Below are positions 21,146-29,985 of a stretch of 64,000 bases of DNA, in pieces. Position 1 is the first letter of the stretch. Each line of letters opens with the position of its first letter. The DNA is from an uncultured delta proteobacterium (GTDB taxonomy: Bacteria > Desulfobacterota > Binatia > DP-6): assembly GCA_963815115.1 (NCBI GenBank), contig CAWFFN010000007.1, positions 448,001 through 512,000 on the forward strand, given 5' to 3'. The notes beneath the pieces are model-generated. The model worked only from the letters and a program-made list of their open reading frames with translations. It did no database searches and was not told the DNA's origin. Made by a program: the position numbers and the translations under genes.

Positions 21146-21219
21146 GCGGGTGTAGCTCAGTTGGCTAGAGCGTGTGCTTGCCAAGCACAAGGTCGTCGGT
21201 TCGACCCCGATCACCCGCT
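21146..21219 (+). tRNA. tRNA-Gly(GCC), CCA not encoded
   Basis: Cloverleaf GCGGGTG/CACCCGC, GCTC/GAGC, TGTGC-TTGCCAA-GCACA, GTCGG-TTCGACC-CCGAT, discriminator T. Confidence 0.97.
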
Positions 21220-21400
21220 CTTACGAAGTCACGGACTTAGGTGGTTGGACCAGTGCCAGGGACCTCCGGGGTTCCTCTTCGCCATCGAGTTCGCTTCGAT
21301 GATTGGCTGAGTCATGAATCTGAGCGTGCCGGGAGGCGGATCGGTCTCGCCGTCGCGGCCCGCGAGCGGCGCGGCACCGTGGCAGATCGGGCGGCGGCAC

Positions 21401-22439
21401 TCACAGGACGCACCTCACCTGCGGCGGGAGCAGCTGGCGGCGCACCAGGTAGAGGTTCGCCAGCGCGAAGAGGCTGAAGGCCCGCGCGAGGTTCTTGGCG
21501 AGGCCGCGATACCGGACCTTGGCAAATCCCCACAGGCGCTTCACCACGTGGAACGGATGCTCGCCGCGGGCCCGGGTCCGCGACCGGGCCCGATTGATCG
21601 CCCGCCACCGCGGGGTGAGCGGCCGGTGCGGACCGGCGGCCCGCCGATTCACCCGATACCGCACGCCCTGGGCTTCGAAGACCTGCCGATCTGCTTCCTT
21701 CCAGTACGCCTGGTCGCCGTAAAGGACGCGTTCCGCACCGTGCAGCAGCTGCGGGAGCTGGGTGATGTCGGCAACCGCGGCATGCGTCGCGGTCACGCGG
21801 TGGACGCGCCCTTCGGATCGGTCCCGACATGCAGCTTCATCCCGAAATGCCACGCGTTCCCTTTCCGCGTCTGCTTCATCTCGGGATCGCGCGCCTGGGC
21901 GGCATTCTTCGTCGAGCTCGGGGCGGTGATGATGGTCGCGTCGACGATCGTCCCGCTCTGCAGCAACAGCCGCTTCGCGGTGAGCAGCTCCTTGACCGCG
22001 GCGAAGAGCGCGGCGGTCAGCCGGTGCTGCTCCAGCAGGTGACGGAAGCGCAGGATCGTCGTCTCGTCCGGGACCACGTCGTCCCCGAGCTCCACCCGGG
22101 CGAACCGCCGCATGGCCTCGCTGTCGTAGAGCGCGTCCTCCGCCTGCGGGTCGGAGAGATTGAACCACTGCTGCAGGAAGTAGATCCGGAGCATCTTCTC
22201 GAGCCCCAGCGGCTGCCGGCCGCGGCCGGCCTTCGGGTAGTAGGGTTCGATCACCGCGAGCAGCTGCGCCCAGGGGATCACGGCGTCCATCTCGGCGAGG
22301 AACTGCTCACGCCGGGTCACCTTGCCCTTCTGGCTCCACGCGATCCCAGCGAACGTCCGCTGCTCACCCATCCCCAACCTCCCGCGCTCGCTCGATACGT
22401 CCCGCTTCTACCCCATCGAGCGACTTGCGCAGAGCTTCC
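21401..22439 (-). mobile_element. IS5-family element; transposase frameshifted near 21810, one end not found
   Basis: TRREQFLAEMD, MLRIYFLQQWFNLSDP, PDETTILRFRH, GTIVDATII, WHFGMKLHVG, EHPFHVVK; IR GGAAGCTCTGCGCAAG next to CTAA. Confidence 0.9.
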
Positions 22440-22484
22440 CTAACTGCAGTCGTGCATCGCCCGCGCGGCGACCGCGTCCCGGGG

Positions 22485-22517
22485 TGGGCACAATCTGGGC
22501 ACAATCTGGGCACAGTC
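22485..22517 (+). repeat. three 11-bp tandem repeats (arm-type site-like)
   Basis: TGGGCACAATC, TGGGCACAATC, TGGGCACAGTC. Confidence 0.75.
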
Positions 22518-22619
22518 GATGCCGTTACGGAAGGGCAGCGGGCTGGTAGATGCGCCGGGCAGATGGCTGGTAGGTACGAAGGACGAATACGCCCTTCGTG
22601 CGTCCTAATCCTCTCCTAA

Positions 22620-22816
22620 TCTGCAGCTCTGCCGTCCCGACGGCGCCCGGCTCGAACGAGTGCTCCTGCACCGGCGGTCCTGCGCCGTGCCAGATCGCCG
22701 GCATCGGGCCCGACGGTCCGACGTGCGGCGGGACCTGTCCGGAGGGACAGACGTGCCAGGTCGTCGATACCTTTCCGATCCCAGGGTGCCCGCTCCATCT
22801 CTGCGGCTGCCAGTAG
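22620..22816 (+). pseudogene. orphan 3' fragment of a Cys-rich secreted protein, paralogous to 23450-23653
   Basis: CSCTGGPAPC...TCGGTCPEGQTCQ...CGCQ stop; no start or RBS. Confidence 0.7.
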
Positions 22817-22909
22817 CGCCGCGTCGGTCGCGCCGACCAGCGCGGCCGCTGGCGCTCGCGGCTCGACCTCTTGACAGATTCCGATCGCGAGGCGCAGAGA
22901 GGGGTCGCC

Positions 22910-23653
22910 ATGTCGGCGCGCTCGGGCTTCCCGGCGGCGATGTTGATCGTGGCGGTCGCCGTCGCGGTGGCGGAGGCCGACACCCCGCCGGCGGATCACC
23001 TCCAGTGCTACGGCGTGCGGCGCGATCCACTCCAGCTGCGGGCGCTCGTCGACCTCTTCTCGAGCCAGTACGGGCTCGCCCCCGGCTGCAGGATCCGGAA
23101 GAGCGCCGTCGAGTTCTGCGTTCCCGCGAGCAAGACCGTGCGCGAGGCGCAGGACGGCGGCACGCGCCCGCCCACGCCGATCACGCCGCTCCCCGGCGTC
23201 GGCGCGCCCGCGGCCGGCGACTACGTCTGCTACAAGGTGTCCTGTCCGGACGAGCAGCTGCCAAAGGAGCAGCCGGTGACGGACCAGTTCGGCGGCCGGA
23301 CGCTGGGGCGATTGCGGACGACGAAGCTCTGCACGCCGGCGGTGAAGGGCACGACGACCAGCAGCACCACGACCACCACCACCAGGTGCACTCAGCCCAC
23401 CACGACAACGAATCCGCCGTGCGGCGAGGTCGGCTGCTTCGGCTGGTGCGCGAACGCGCAGTTCTGCGTGTCGACCGGCCCGACCGCGTCGGACTGCGCG
23501 TGCACGGGCGGCCCCCGCCCGTGCGCGTTCACCGGCCCCGGTCCGGACGGCGGCCTGACGTGCGGGGGTACATGTCCGGAGGGGCAGACGTGCCAGCCGA
23601 TCGACACGGATCCGTCGCCGGATTGCGTCTTCCTGTTCTGCGGGTGCCAGTAG
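22910..23653 (+). CDS. secreted Cys-rich protein with Thr linker
   Basis: Signal peptide; DHLQCY, FCVPASK, DYVCYKVSC, VTDQFG, KLCTPA; TTTSSTTTTTT; Cys-rich tail. Confidence 0.8.
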   Translation: MSARSGFPAAMLIVAVAVAVAEADTPPADHLQCYGVRRDPLQLRALVDLFSSQYGLAPGCRIRKSAVEFCVPASKTVREAQDGGTRPPTPITPLPGVGAPAAGDYVCYKVSCPDEQLPKEQPVTDQFGGRTLGRLRTTKLCTPAVKGTTTSSTTTTTTRCTQPTTTTNPPCGEVGCFGWCANAQFCVSTGPTASDCACTGGPRPCAFTGPGPDGGLTCGGTCPEGQTCQPIDTDPSPDCVFLFCGCQ

Positions 23654-23660
23654 CCGCCGC

Positions 23661-23790
23661 TCAGCCGCCGACCAGCGCGGCGGCGCGCTCGAAGCACCAG
23701 AACGCGACGAGCGAGCCGATCGCGTAGATCGGCACGAGCCGCGCCCACCCGGGCGGCGCGGCGACGGCGCGACGGAACGCGCAGGGGCGC
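23661..23790 (-). pseudogene. orphan C-terminal fragment of a HupE/UreJ-family membrane protein
   Basis: PPGWARLVPIYAIGSLVAFWCFER; upstream sequence is unrelated phage-like DNA. Confidence 0.6.
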
Positions 23791-23830
23791 AGCTGTGACG
23801 GCAGCAGGTGTTCGTACTCGAACTCGACGC

Positions 23831-24152
23831 TCACCCGTGGACCTCGATCAACGCGAACGAGGTTGTCGCCGATACCGCCGCGCTGGTCTCGATCCGGACC
23901 TGGGAGGATGGCGGATACACGACCACTCCCCACGCGCCGTTCGTGCCCGAGAACATCGCCTGCGACGTCACCGAACTCCAGGGATCGAGATAACGGAGCC
24001 AGGCGCCACCAATGATCGGCTGGAACGCGGCATACCACGTGTTCGCTGCCGCCGAGCTGACGCCAACCAGCAGCGCGCGGTCAGTCGCTGCTAGGGTGAA
24101 CGCCGACGACACGGTCTGTCCGGCGACGACAGTGCCGTAGAAAGACCGCCAT
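23831..24152 (-). CDS. small beta-rich phage-like protein (frameshift near the start)
   Basis: ATG at 24152 just after the upstream stop; YGTVVAGQTVSSAFTL...QVRIETSAAVSATTSFALIEVHG. Confidence 0.5.
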
Positions 24153-24153
24153 G

Positions 24154-24318
24154 TCAGGGCTCGATGATCTTGCCGAGGAGGACGCGCTGCGCCACCAGGG
24201 CATCGCGGATCGCCGTGAGCCCGGCGTCGGGGGTGCGCTTGAGCACGCCGTCGAGGCGGCTGATCGCCGTCGAGAGATAGTCGCGCGCTTCCCGGAGTTC
24301 CACGTCCCAGTCCGCCAT
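24154..24318 (-). CDS. small phage-like hypothetical protein
   Basis: MADWDVELREARDYLSTAISRL...; tightly packed operon. Confidence 0.5.
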   Translation of the reverse strand: MADWDVELREARDYLSTAISRLDGVLKRTPDAGLTAIRDALVAQRVLLGKIIEP

Positions 24319-24320
24319 GT

Positions 24321-24509
24321 TCAACCCGCCTTCGCGATCGCAGTCGCCGCCAGCGCGTCCAGCACGCGACGGGCGCGATGCGCCAAGCCTTCGGCCTTCT
24401 GGCTCTCGATGCTGCCGCTGCGCCGCAGCGCGTCCGCGGCGAGCATGTCGACGCTGTCGAGCGTGAGTCGCAGGGCTTCGTAGAGATCGAGATCGGTGTT
24501 CATGTTCAT
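24321..24509 (-). CDS. small phage-like hypothetical protein
   Basis: GGAGG RBS; MNMNTDLDLYEALRLTL; ATGA overlap with the upstream gene. Confidence 0.55.
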   Translation of the reverse strand: MNMNTDLDLYEALRLTLDSVDMLAADALRRSGSIESQKAEGLAHRARRVLDALAATAIAKAG

Positions 24510-24849
24510 GCCGCCACCTCCCGCTGCGCCAGCCGCTTTTCGGCCCACTGCTGCAGGTAGACCTGGCCTGCTCTAGCGTCATGTTCGCCGCGAGGATCTC
24601 GTTGGCCAGGTCCTGTGGCACGATGAGGGTCGTCACGAAGCGGAACTCGTGCCACGGCTTCGTCTCGTCCTCGCCGAAGCTGCTCGCCCACGGCCGGATG
24701 TGCACCTTGCTCTGCGTTTCCCACAACGTTCCCCGCTGCAGCGTCGCCCGCGCCGTCTCCAGGTCCTTGGCGATGTAGTAGAGGCCGCAGTGTTGATCCG
24801 CCGGCACTGTCGCCAGCGCCGCTTGCACCAGTTGCTGCGCGCGGCTCAT
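24506..24849 (-). pseudogene. phage-like hypothetical protein, one frameshift
   Basis: MSRAQQLVQAAL...LEQAR continues as YLQQWAEKRLAQREVAA in another frame. Confidence 0.45.
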
Positions 24850-25144
24850 CGGGAGGCCAACGGATGCCCGGTGCGAACCATAATTTCGCCGATGCGCAGC
24901 CGCTCGCTGTAACGCGCGGCGAGAGGTTGTGCTTCCGGCCGATCGCAACGAGGGCTTCCTCGAACTCGTCCGCGGTACTGTGTCGCTGTTCGCTCGCGGC
25001 CACGTGGCGCACCAGAGATTGCTTCAGCGGATCGGCCGCCACGTCCTCGGCGCTGAAGTTGTACCTGGCCCGCACGGCGTCCCGCCGCTCGGCCAGCGTG
25101 GTACGCGCCGGCTTCGGCACCCGCAGTTGATCGAGATCAACGGG

Positions 25145-26131
25145 GACGTCGTGCACGGCGACGGGCAGACCGTCCTGGTCCTCGAGGTGCGCGATCGCCA
25201 GCGCGAAGCTGTCTTGGCTGCCGCCGCTGGGGTCGACAAAGCCGTGGTAGGTCAGGTCTCGGAGCGGCCGGAGCCCTTGCCGCCCAGGAACCACGCAACC
25301 CTCGAGCACCTCGCGATCGACGAACCCCGCGACGTCGGTTCTGAACTGCGCCCCGTACTCGGCCGCGGCGGCGACCGGGTCCGCCTCGTACGCGGCCTCG
25401 ATGATCCGCGCCGGCAGCACCGGGTTCATGGTCGCCGTGGGACTGCACCACACGAGCACCGGATCGTCCTCGCGCCCGTAATGGCTCCGGAACGCCTGCC
25501 ACAACGCCCCGCGCCGGCTGTAGGGCGAGCTGATGCAGACCAATCTGGCGCCGGGGAGCGTGCTCAGCCCCGGGCGGACTGCGGCCAGCACCTCGGTATC
25601 CGGCTCGGTGGTGCTCTCGGAGCGCCAGTAGGCCAGCTCGTCGCAGATCACGCAGGCGAAGCTGTAGCCGCGCGTCCCCCTGGCCGATGCCGTCGTCACC
25701 TCGACGCGCGCCCGGCCGGTGAACTCGATGCTCTCGGCCGACCGCCGCACCACCTGCGCCGCAAGTGGCGGACACGCGTCCACCAACCCCTCGACGTACT
25801 GCAGCACGTTGCGACTCTGCGGTCGGTCGCTGGCGACGATGGCGATCGTTGCCCACTCGCCCGGCGCCAGGTGCGGGCGCCAATCCCGCAGCACCGCCGC
25901 CTCGACGGCGAGCGCTGCCGCAAGCCGACTCTTGCCACCGCGTCGGCCGACGATCGCGTACGCCTCCACCACTGGCGCCGTCGGAAGCCGCTGGCGTCCA
26001 GTACAGCGCTGGAACAGCTCGAGGGCTTCTCCGTGCACGGGACGGCCGTCCAGGGCCGCCTTGAACGTGCGCCAGGGCCGCCAGGACGCCGCGCGGAAGT
26101 CCGGGAAGAGCCGGAGGACGTCTGGCGTCAC
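25145..26131 (-). pseudogene. terminase large subunit, nuclease domain truncated and fused to unrelated sequence
   Basis: Walker A VGRRGGKS, Walker B VICDELAYW, coupling motif ISSP, nuclease start FVDPSGGSQDSFALAIAH. Confidence 0.8.
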
Positions 26132-26527
26132 GCCTCGCCCTCCTGCGCCTCTGCCTCCTGGGCGCGGATGAACTCGGGCAGCGACGGCACCGGCTGCGCG
26201 CGACGCTGGAGTCCGATGTCGCACAGCAGCGATTGCAGGTGCGCCTCGGCCCGGCGCACGTGTTCGACGACCGGCCACTCACGCCGATGACGCCGATCGA
26301 CCTGACAGCGCATGGTCGCGATGTAGGCGTTAGTCCTGGTCACGCGCATGGCAGCAGCGACGGCCAGGTCGATCAGGATGCCCTTCGCCGTCGACACCTG
26401 CTCGGCACCGCCGCAGTCGGCCATCAGCTGCTCGCGCAGCAGTGCCATCGCTTTCCTGTTCCTCGGGCGTGAGCGTCTTCACGTAGAAGCTCGAGCGCCT
26501 GTACGGTCGCTTTGCCGGCGTATCCAT
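26128..26527 (-). pseudogene. terminase small subunit-like protein, frameshift near 26450
   Basis: Small helical protein ending IGLQRRAQPVPSLPEFI; GTGA overlap with terL. Confidence 0.55.
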
Positions 26528-26566
26528 GCCCGACCTTGTCCTCGAGGAAGAGCCTATCAGGATCGC

Positions 26567-26735
26567 GGGGACACCGCAGGGGACACTGACCGGAAACCCG
26601 CGCCCAGCATGGACTTTTCGGCGGACATGTGCTCGCCGAGCACAGGCGCTGTGCCTCGAGCACGTCTTGGCGGCAATGCGCCGCTCGACGCGATCAGCGC
26701 AGTGTCGCACAGCATGGTGTCCCCTGAGTGTCCCC
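26567..26735. repeat. two inverted pairs of arm-type sites
   Basis: GGGGACAC at 26567 and 26579; GTGTCCCC at 26717 and 26728. Confidence 0.65.
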
Positions 26736-26842
26736 GACACCACGCCATCGCAGGACAATGGACGAGCAGGGGCGTGCAAGAGGATACTTGAGACGACGGA
26801 CCTTCCGGTGCTGTGCGCTGTCCTGGTTCCCTGGGCCGCAGC

Positions 26843-26888
26843 GCTTGCCAAGCACAAGGTCGTCGGTTCGACCCCGATCACCCGCTCT
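26843..26888 (+). pseudogene. 3' half of tRNA-Gly(GCC); attR
   Basis: Identical to 21176-21221. Confidence 0.93.
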
Positions 26889-26947
26889 CAAGAAATCACG
26901 CACTTGGAAGCGCCCGACGCGTGTCGGCCTGCCTTTGCGGGTCGCCT

Positions 26948-27469
26948 CTACTGGTGCGGTGCCGGCCGGAGCCGTGGAATCCACCGCGGCACGGCGTGGC
27001 AGTACGTCTCGTACTCCGCACCGAACTGCCGTCGCAATGTCGGCTCCTCGTAGAGCACGACGAAGAGGTGGAAAGCGAGGGCGACGACGGCCGCATACGT
27101 GAACACGGCGGGGCTCGCGAAGAGGAATGCCTGTCCCACCAGGAGCGTTAGCACCGAGACGTAGCCCGGGTTGCGCACCCAGCGGAATGGCCCCCCCACG
27201 ACGAGATGTTCGGTCGGGGCGATCGGCGCAGGCGTCCCGTTGCCCTCGATCACGAAGCGCAGGTTGAACGCGGCAAAGAGCGGCAGCGCGAGCACGAGCA
27301 GCACGACCCCAAGCCAGCGCGTCATGGTCAACCCCAGCAACGGCGGCGCGAAGCGCCAGCCGGTGAGGAGCCACGGCCCGAGGACGACCACGGTGCCCGG
27401 CACGAGCAGAACGAAGATGATCGTGCCGAACGCTGCCCGGCGCAGCGCGCGTTGCTGGTCCCGTGTCAT
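26948..27469 (-). CDS. isoprenylcysteine carboxylmethyltransferase/PEMT family protein
   Basis: GTPAPIAPTEHLVVGGPFRWVRNPGY, EEPTLRRQFGAEYETYC..VPRWIP. Confidence 0.9.
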   Translation of the reverse strand: MTRDQQRALRRAAFGTIIFVLLVPGTVVVLGPWLLTGWRFAPPLLGLTMTRWLGVVLLVLALPLFAAFNLRFVIEGNGTPAPIAPTEHLVVGGPFRWVRNPGYVSVLTLLVGQAFLFASPAVFTYAAVVALAFHLFVVLYEEPTLRRQFGAEYETYCHAVPRWIPRLRPAPHQ

Positions 27470-27679
27470 GGCGCGACCCGAGCATGCCATCGACCGGAGG
27501 TCGTGGGGAAGGTTGACGCTGGCGGCCGAGCTCGAGCGCGAGCCATCGGCCGGTCCGCCGTCGTCGTCTCGGCGTGCGGAGCGAGTCAACTGCCGGCGCC
27601 GAACGGAACGTCTCGACGATTCGAGCAACCGTGTCGGCGCGCCGTGCGTTCGGATTCCCACATCAACAGGCGCCAGGAT

Positions 27680-27897
27680 TCCCCGATATCTTCACCGGAG
27701 TGGAGGCGATCCTTGCCCGCTACCCGACGGATCTGGTGCTCGTTCGCCACACCGATCCGGTCGAGGCGGGGCTCGCGGCACGGAAGGCGTGGCGTCCGGT
27801 CTACCGCGACGATGCCTTCACCCTGTTTGCCCGGCCCGGGCTGGACCTGCCGGTCGTGGATCGATCGGGCGTCCGGCTGCTCGGGAGCTATCCCTAG
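27680..27897 (+). pseudogene. orphan C-terminal fragment of a membrane protein
   Basis: AILARYPTDLVLV...WRPVYRDDAFTLFAR with coding-like bias and no start. Confidence 0.45.
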
Positions 27898-27900
27898 CGC

Positions 27901-29145
27901 TCAGTGCGCTCCCCGGCTCTTCGGCAGATGGACGACGAAGGTGCTGCCGCGCGCGACCTCGCTCTGCACCTCGATCCGGCCGCCGTGCAGGTCCACCCAC
28001 TGGCGGACGATCGCCAGGCCGAGGCCCGTCCCGCGCTCCCCCGCCGTCCCGGTGGCGCTGGTCGGCTTCTGGAGGTCGAAGATGCGCTTCAGGATCTCGG
28101 TCGACATCCCCACGCCCGTGTCCGCGACGCTGAGCCGCGCGCCGCCCTGCTCGGGCTCGACCGTCACGGTCACCTGCCCGTTCCGCGGGGTGAACTTGAT
28201 GGCGTTGGTGAGCAGGTTGTTGACGATCTGCTCCACCTTGAGGCGGTCGGCCTGGACGCTCGTCTCGGCGGCCTCGATCCGCAACGCCACCGAGATGCCC
28301 TTCGCACGCGTATTGAACTCCTGCGCCCTGATGGACTCGTCGACGACCTCGCTGAGCCGCACCTCCGTGGGCTCCAGCTCCACGCGCCCGGTCGCATGGC
28401 GGGCCAGGTCCAGCAGATCCGTGATCAGCGCGTTCAGATGCTCCGCCGCGTCGCTGACGCTCTGCAGCAGCTCGTGACGCCTCGCCTCCGGCATCCTCGA
28501 ACCCTTGCGGCGGATCAGCTCGGTGACGGCGCTGATCCCGCTCAGCGGCGACTTCATGTCGTGCGAGACGATGGCGAGGAACTCGTCCTTCATGCGCACG
28601 AGCTCCCGCAGGTGCTCGGTCGCCGCCGTCAACGCCTCGGTTCGTGCCCGCACCCGCTCCTCGAGCTGCTCGTTGGCCCGTTCCAGCTCGCCGACCTTGG
28701 CGTGCAGCTTGGCGGTGAGCACTCGCAGGTGCTCGCGGTCGAACTCCTCGCCCGTCGCGCCCACGGGGAGGGCTGCTGGCACGCCGAGCGCGTCGTTCAC
28801 GATCCTCATCACGCTCTCCGGATCACAGGGCTTGACGATGATGTGTCTCACGCCGCACGCCTCGGCGAGGCTGCGTGCCTCGCCCTCGAGATACGTCGCC
28901 GTGTAGAAGACGACGCGGGTGCTGGCGATGTCCGGGTCGCTCCGCAGCAGGCGGACGAAGTCGTATCCGTCGAGCTCGGGCATGAGAATGTCCGTGATGA
29001 CGAGATCGGGATGCCTGGCGCGCACCGTCGCGAGCGCCGCGGCGCCGCTGGACTCCTCGAGCATCGCGTGTCCGCCGTAGCCCAGCAACGTCATCAGGAA
29101 GTCACGGTTGGCGGCGCGATCGTCCACGACGAGGATCGTGGCCAT
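27901..29145 (-). CDS. hybrid receiver-histidine kinase
   Basis: ILVVDD..ITDILMP; VSHDMKSPL; NLLTNAIKFT; DTGVG; GTGLGL. Confidence 0.92.
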   Translation of the reverse strand: MATILVVDDRAANRDFLMTLLGYGGHAMLEESSGAAALATVRARHPDLVITDILMPELDGYDFVRLLRSDPDIASTRVVFYTATYLEGEARSLAEACGVRHIIVKPCDPESVMRIVNDALGVPAALPVGATGEEFDREHLRVLTAKLHAKVGELERANEQLEERVRARTEALTAATEHLRELVRMKDEFLAIVSHDMKSPLSGISAVTELIRRKGSRMPEARRHELLQSVSDAAEHLNALITDLLDLARHATGRVELEPTEVRLSEVVDESIRAQEFNTRAKGISVALRIEAAETSVQADRLKVEQIVNNLLTNAIKFTPRNGQVTVTVEPEQGGARLSVADTGVGMSTEILKRIFDLQKPTSATGTAGERGTGLGLAIVRQWVDLHGGRIEVQSEVARGSTFVVHLPKSRGAH

Positions 29146-29147
29146 GC

Positions 29148-29975
29148 TCAAGGCTCCTTGCCCTGGAGGCACTCTTCGATCGCCGCGAGAAGATTCTGCG
29201 GTTCGATGGGGCGCTGGATGAATCGATGCACGCCTGCGGCTAGGCAGTCCCGCCGCTCGTGGCCGCTGACCGCGGTGGAGGAGACGATGACGAACGGGAT
29301 CGCCTTCAGGACCGGGTGGCTCTTTGCCGCGGTCAGGAAGTCGTAGCCGCTGGCGCCCGGCATGTGCATGTCCGACACGATCACGTCGGGCGGGTCCCGC
29401 GCCGCGAGGGTCAGGCCATCCTGGACGGAGCGCGTGGTGGTGACGTCGAACCCCAGCGGCTCGAACGTGCTTCGCATCAGGCTGAGGTTCACGGGCGAGT
29501 CGTCGACCACGAGGAGCCGGGCGTGCGAGGGCCCCCGCGCCGGCGTGGGGTACGGCGCGGGCTCGGATCGGTCGGCGTCCGGCTCGATCATCCGCCGGCG
29601 GCGCTGTTCGGGATGGAGGAACGCTTCCACCTGCCCGACGAACGTCTCGGGAGCGATCGGCTTGGCGATGTAGCCGTCGAAGCCCGCCGCCAGCATCCGG
29701 TCGCGGTCCCCCACCATGGCGAGCGCGGTGACGGCCACGACGGGGATGAAACGCAATGCGGGGTCGGCCTTGAGCCGGCGGACGACCTCGTATCCGTCCA
29801 CCCGCGGCATCTGGACGTCGCAGATGACGAAGTCGGGTCGTTCCCGGCCGACGGCGGCCAGGCCTGCGTCGCCGTCGCGGGCCGTGCTCGTCGAGTAACC
29901 CGAGGCCGTGAGCAGATAGGTGATCAGGTCGAGATTGGCCTGATTGTCCTCGATCACGAGGATGCGAGTCGACAT
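29148..29975 (-). CDS. dual-receiver response regulator
   Basis: Two REC domains (VIEDN..CDVQMP; VVDDS..SDMHMP). Confidence 0.9.
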   Translation of the reverse strand: MSTRILVIEDNQANLDLITYLLTASGYSTSTARDGDAGLAAVGRERPDFVICDVQMPRVDGYEVVRRLKADPALRFIPVVAVTALAMVGDRDRMLAAGFDGYIAKPIAPETFVGQVEAFLHPEQRRRRMIEPDADRSEPAPYPTPARGPSHARLLVVDDSPVNLSLMRSTFEPLGFDVTTTRSVQDGLTLAARDPPDVIVSDMHMPGASGYDFLTAAKSHPVLKAIPFVIVSSTAVSGHERRDCLAAGVHRFIQRPIEPQNLLAAIEECLQGKEP

Positions 29976-29985
29976 GGCCGGACGT

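Larger units (their letters stand above)
9639..21186. mobile_element. decayed tyrosine-integrase element (satellite/prophage-like) in tRNA-Gly, restoring the 5' half
   Basis: Core GCTTGCCAAGC at both ends; GTTGACGC tandem arm sites at 9748-9765 and 21051-21072; integrase adjacent to the right end. Confidence 0.8.
21176..26888. mobile_element. deleted terminase-bearing prophage/satellite remnant restoring the tRNA 3' half
   Basis: 46-bp direct repeat 21176-21221 / 26843-26888; terS/terL-like genes; no integrase left. Confidence 0.7.

Noticed and set aside
14385-22517. Short tandem repeats at 14385 and 22485 as CRISPR arrays
   Set aside because: Units are 11-19 bp with no unique spacers, and there are no cas genes.
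22620-23653. Duplicated Cys-rich tail as a DGR template/variable repeat pair
   Set aside because: Differences are not adenine-specific, include synonymous changes and an indel, and no reverse transcriptase is present.
24506-26278. 590-aa ORF as one full-length terminase
   Set aside because: Homology stops near 25145; the rest is read-through of a deletion junction and off-frame small genes.
9609-26888. tRNA halves as a trans-spliced, permuted or intron-containing tRNA
   Set aside because: The halves overlap by an 11-bp duplicated core, are flanked by integrase and arm sites, and an intact copy exists; att sites explain them.
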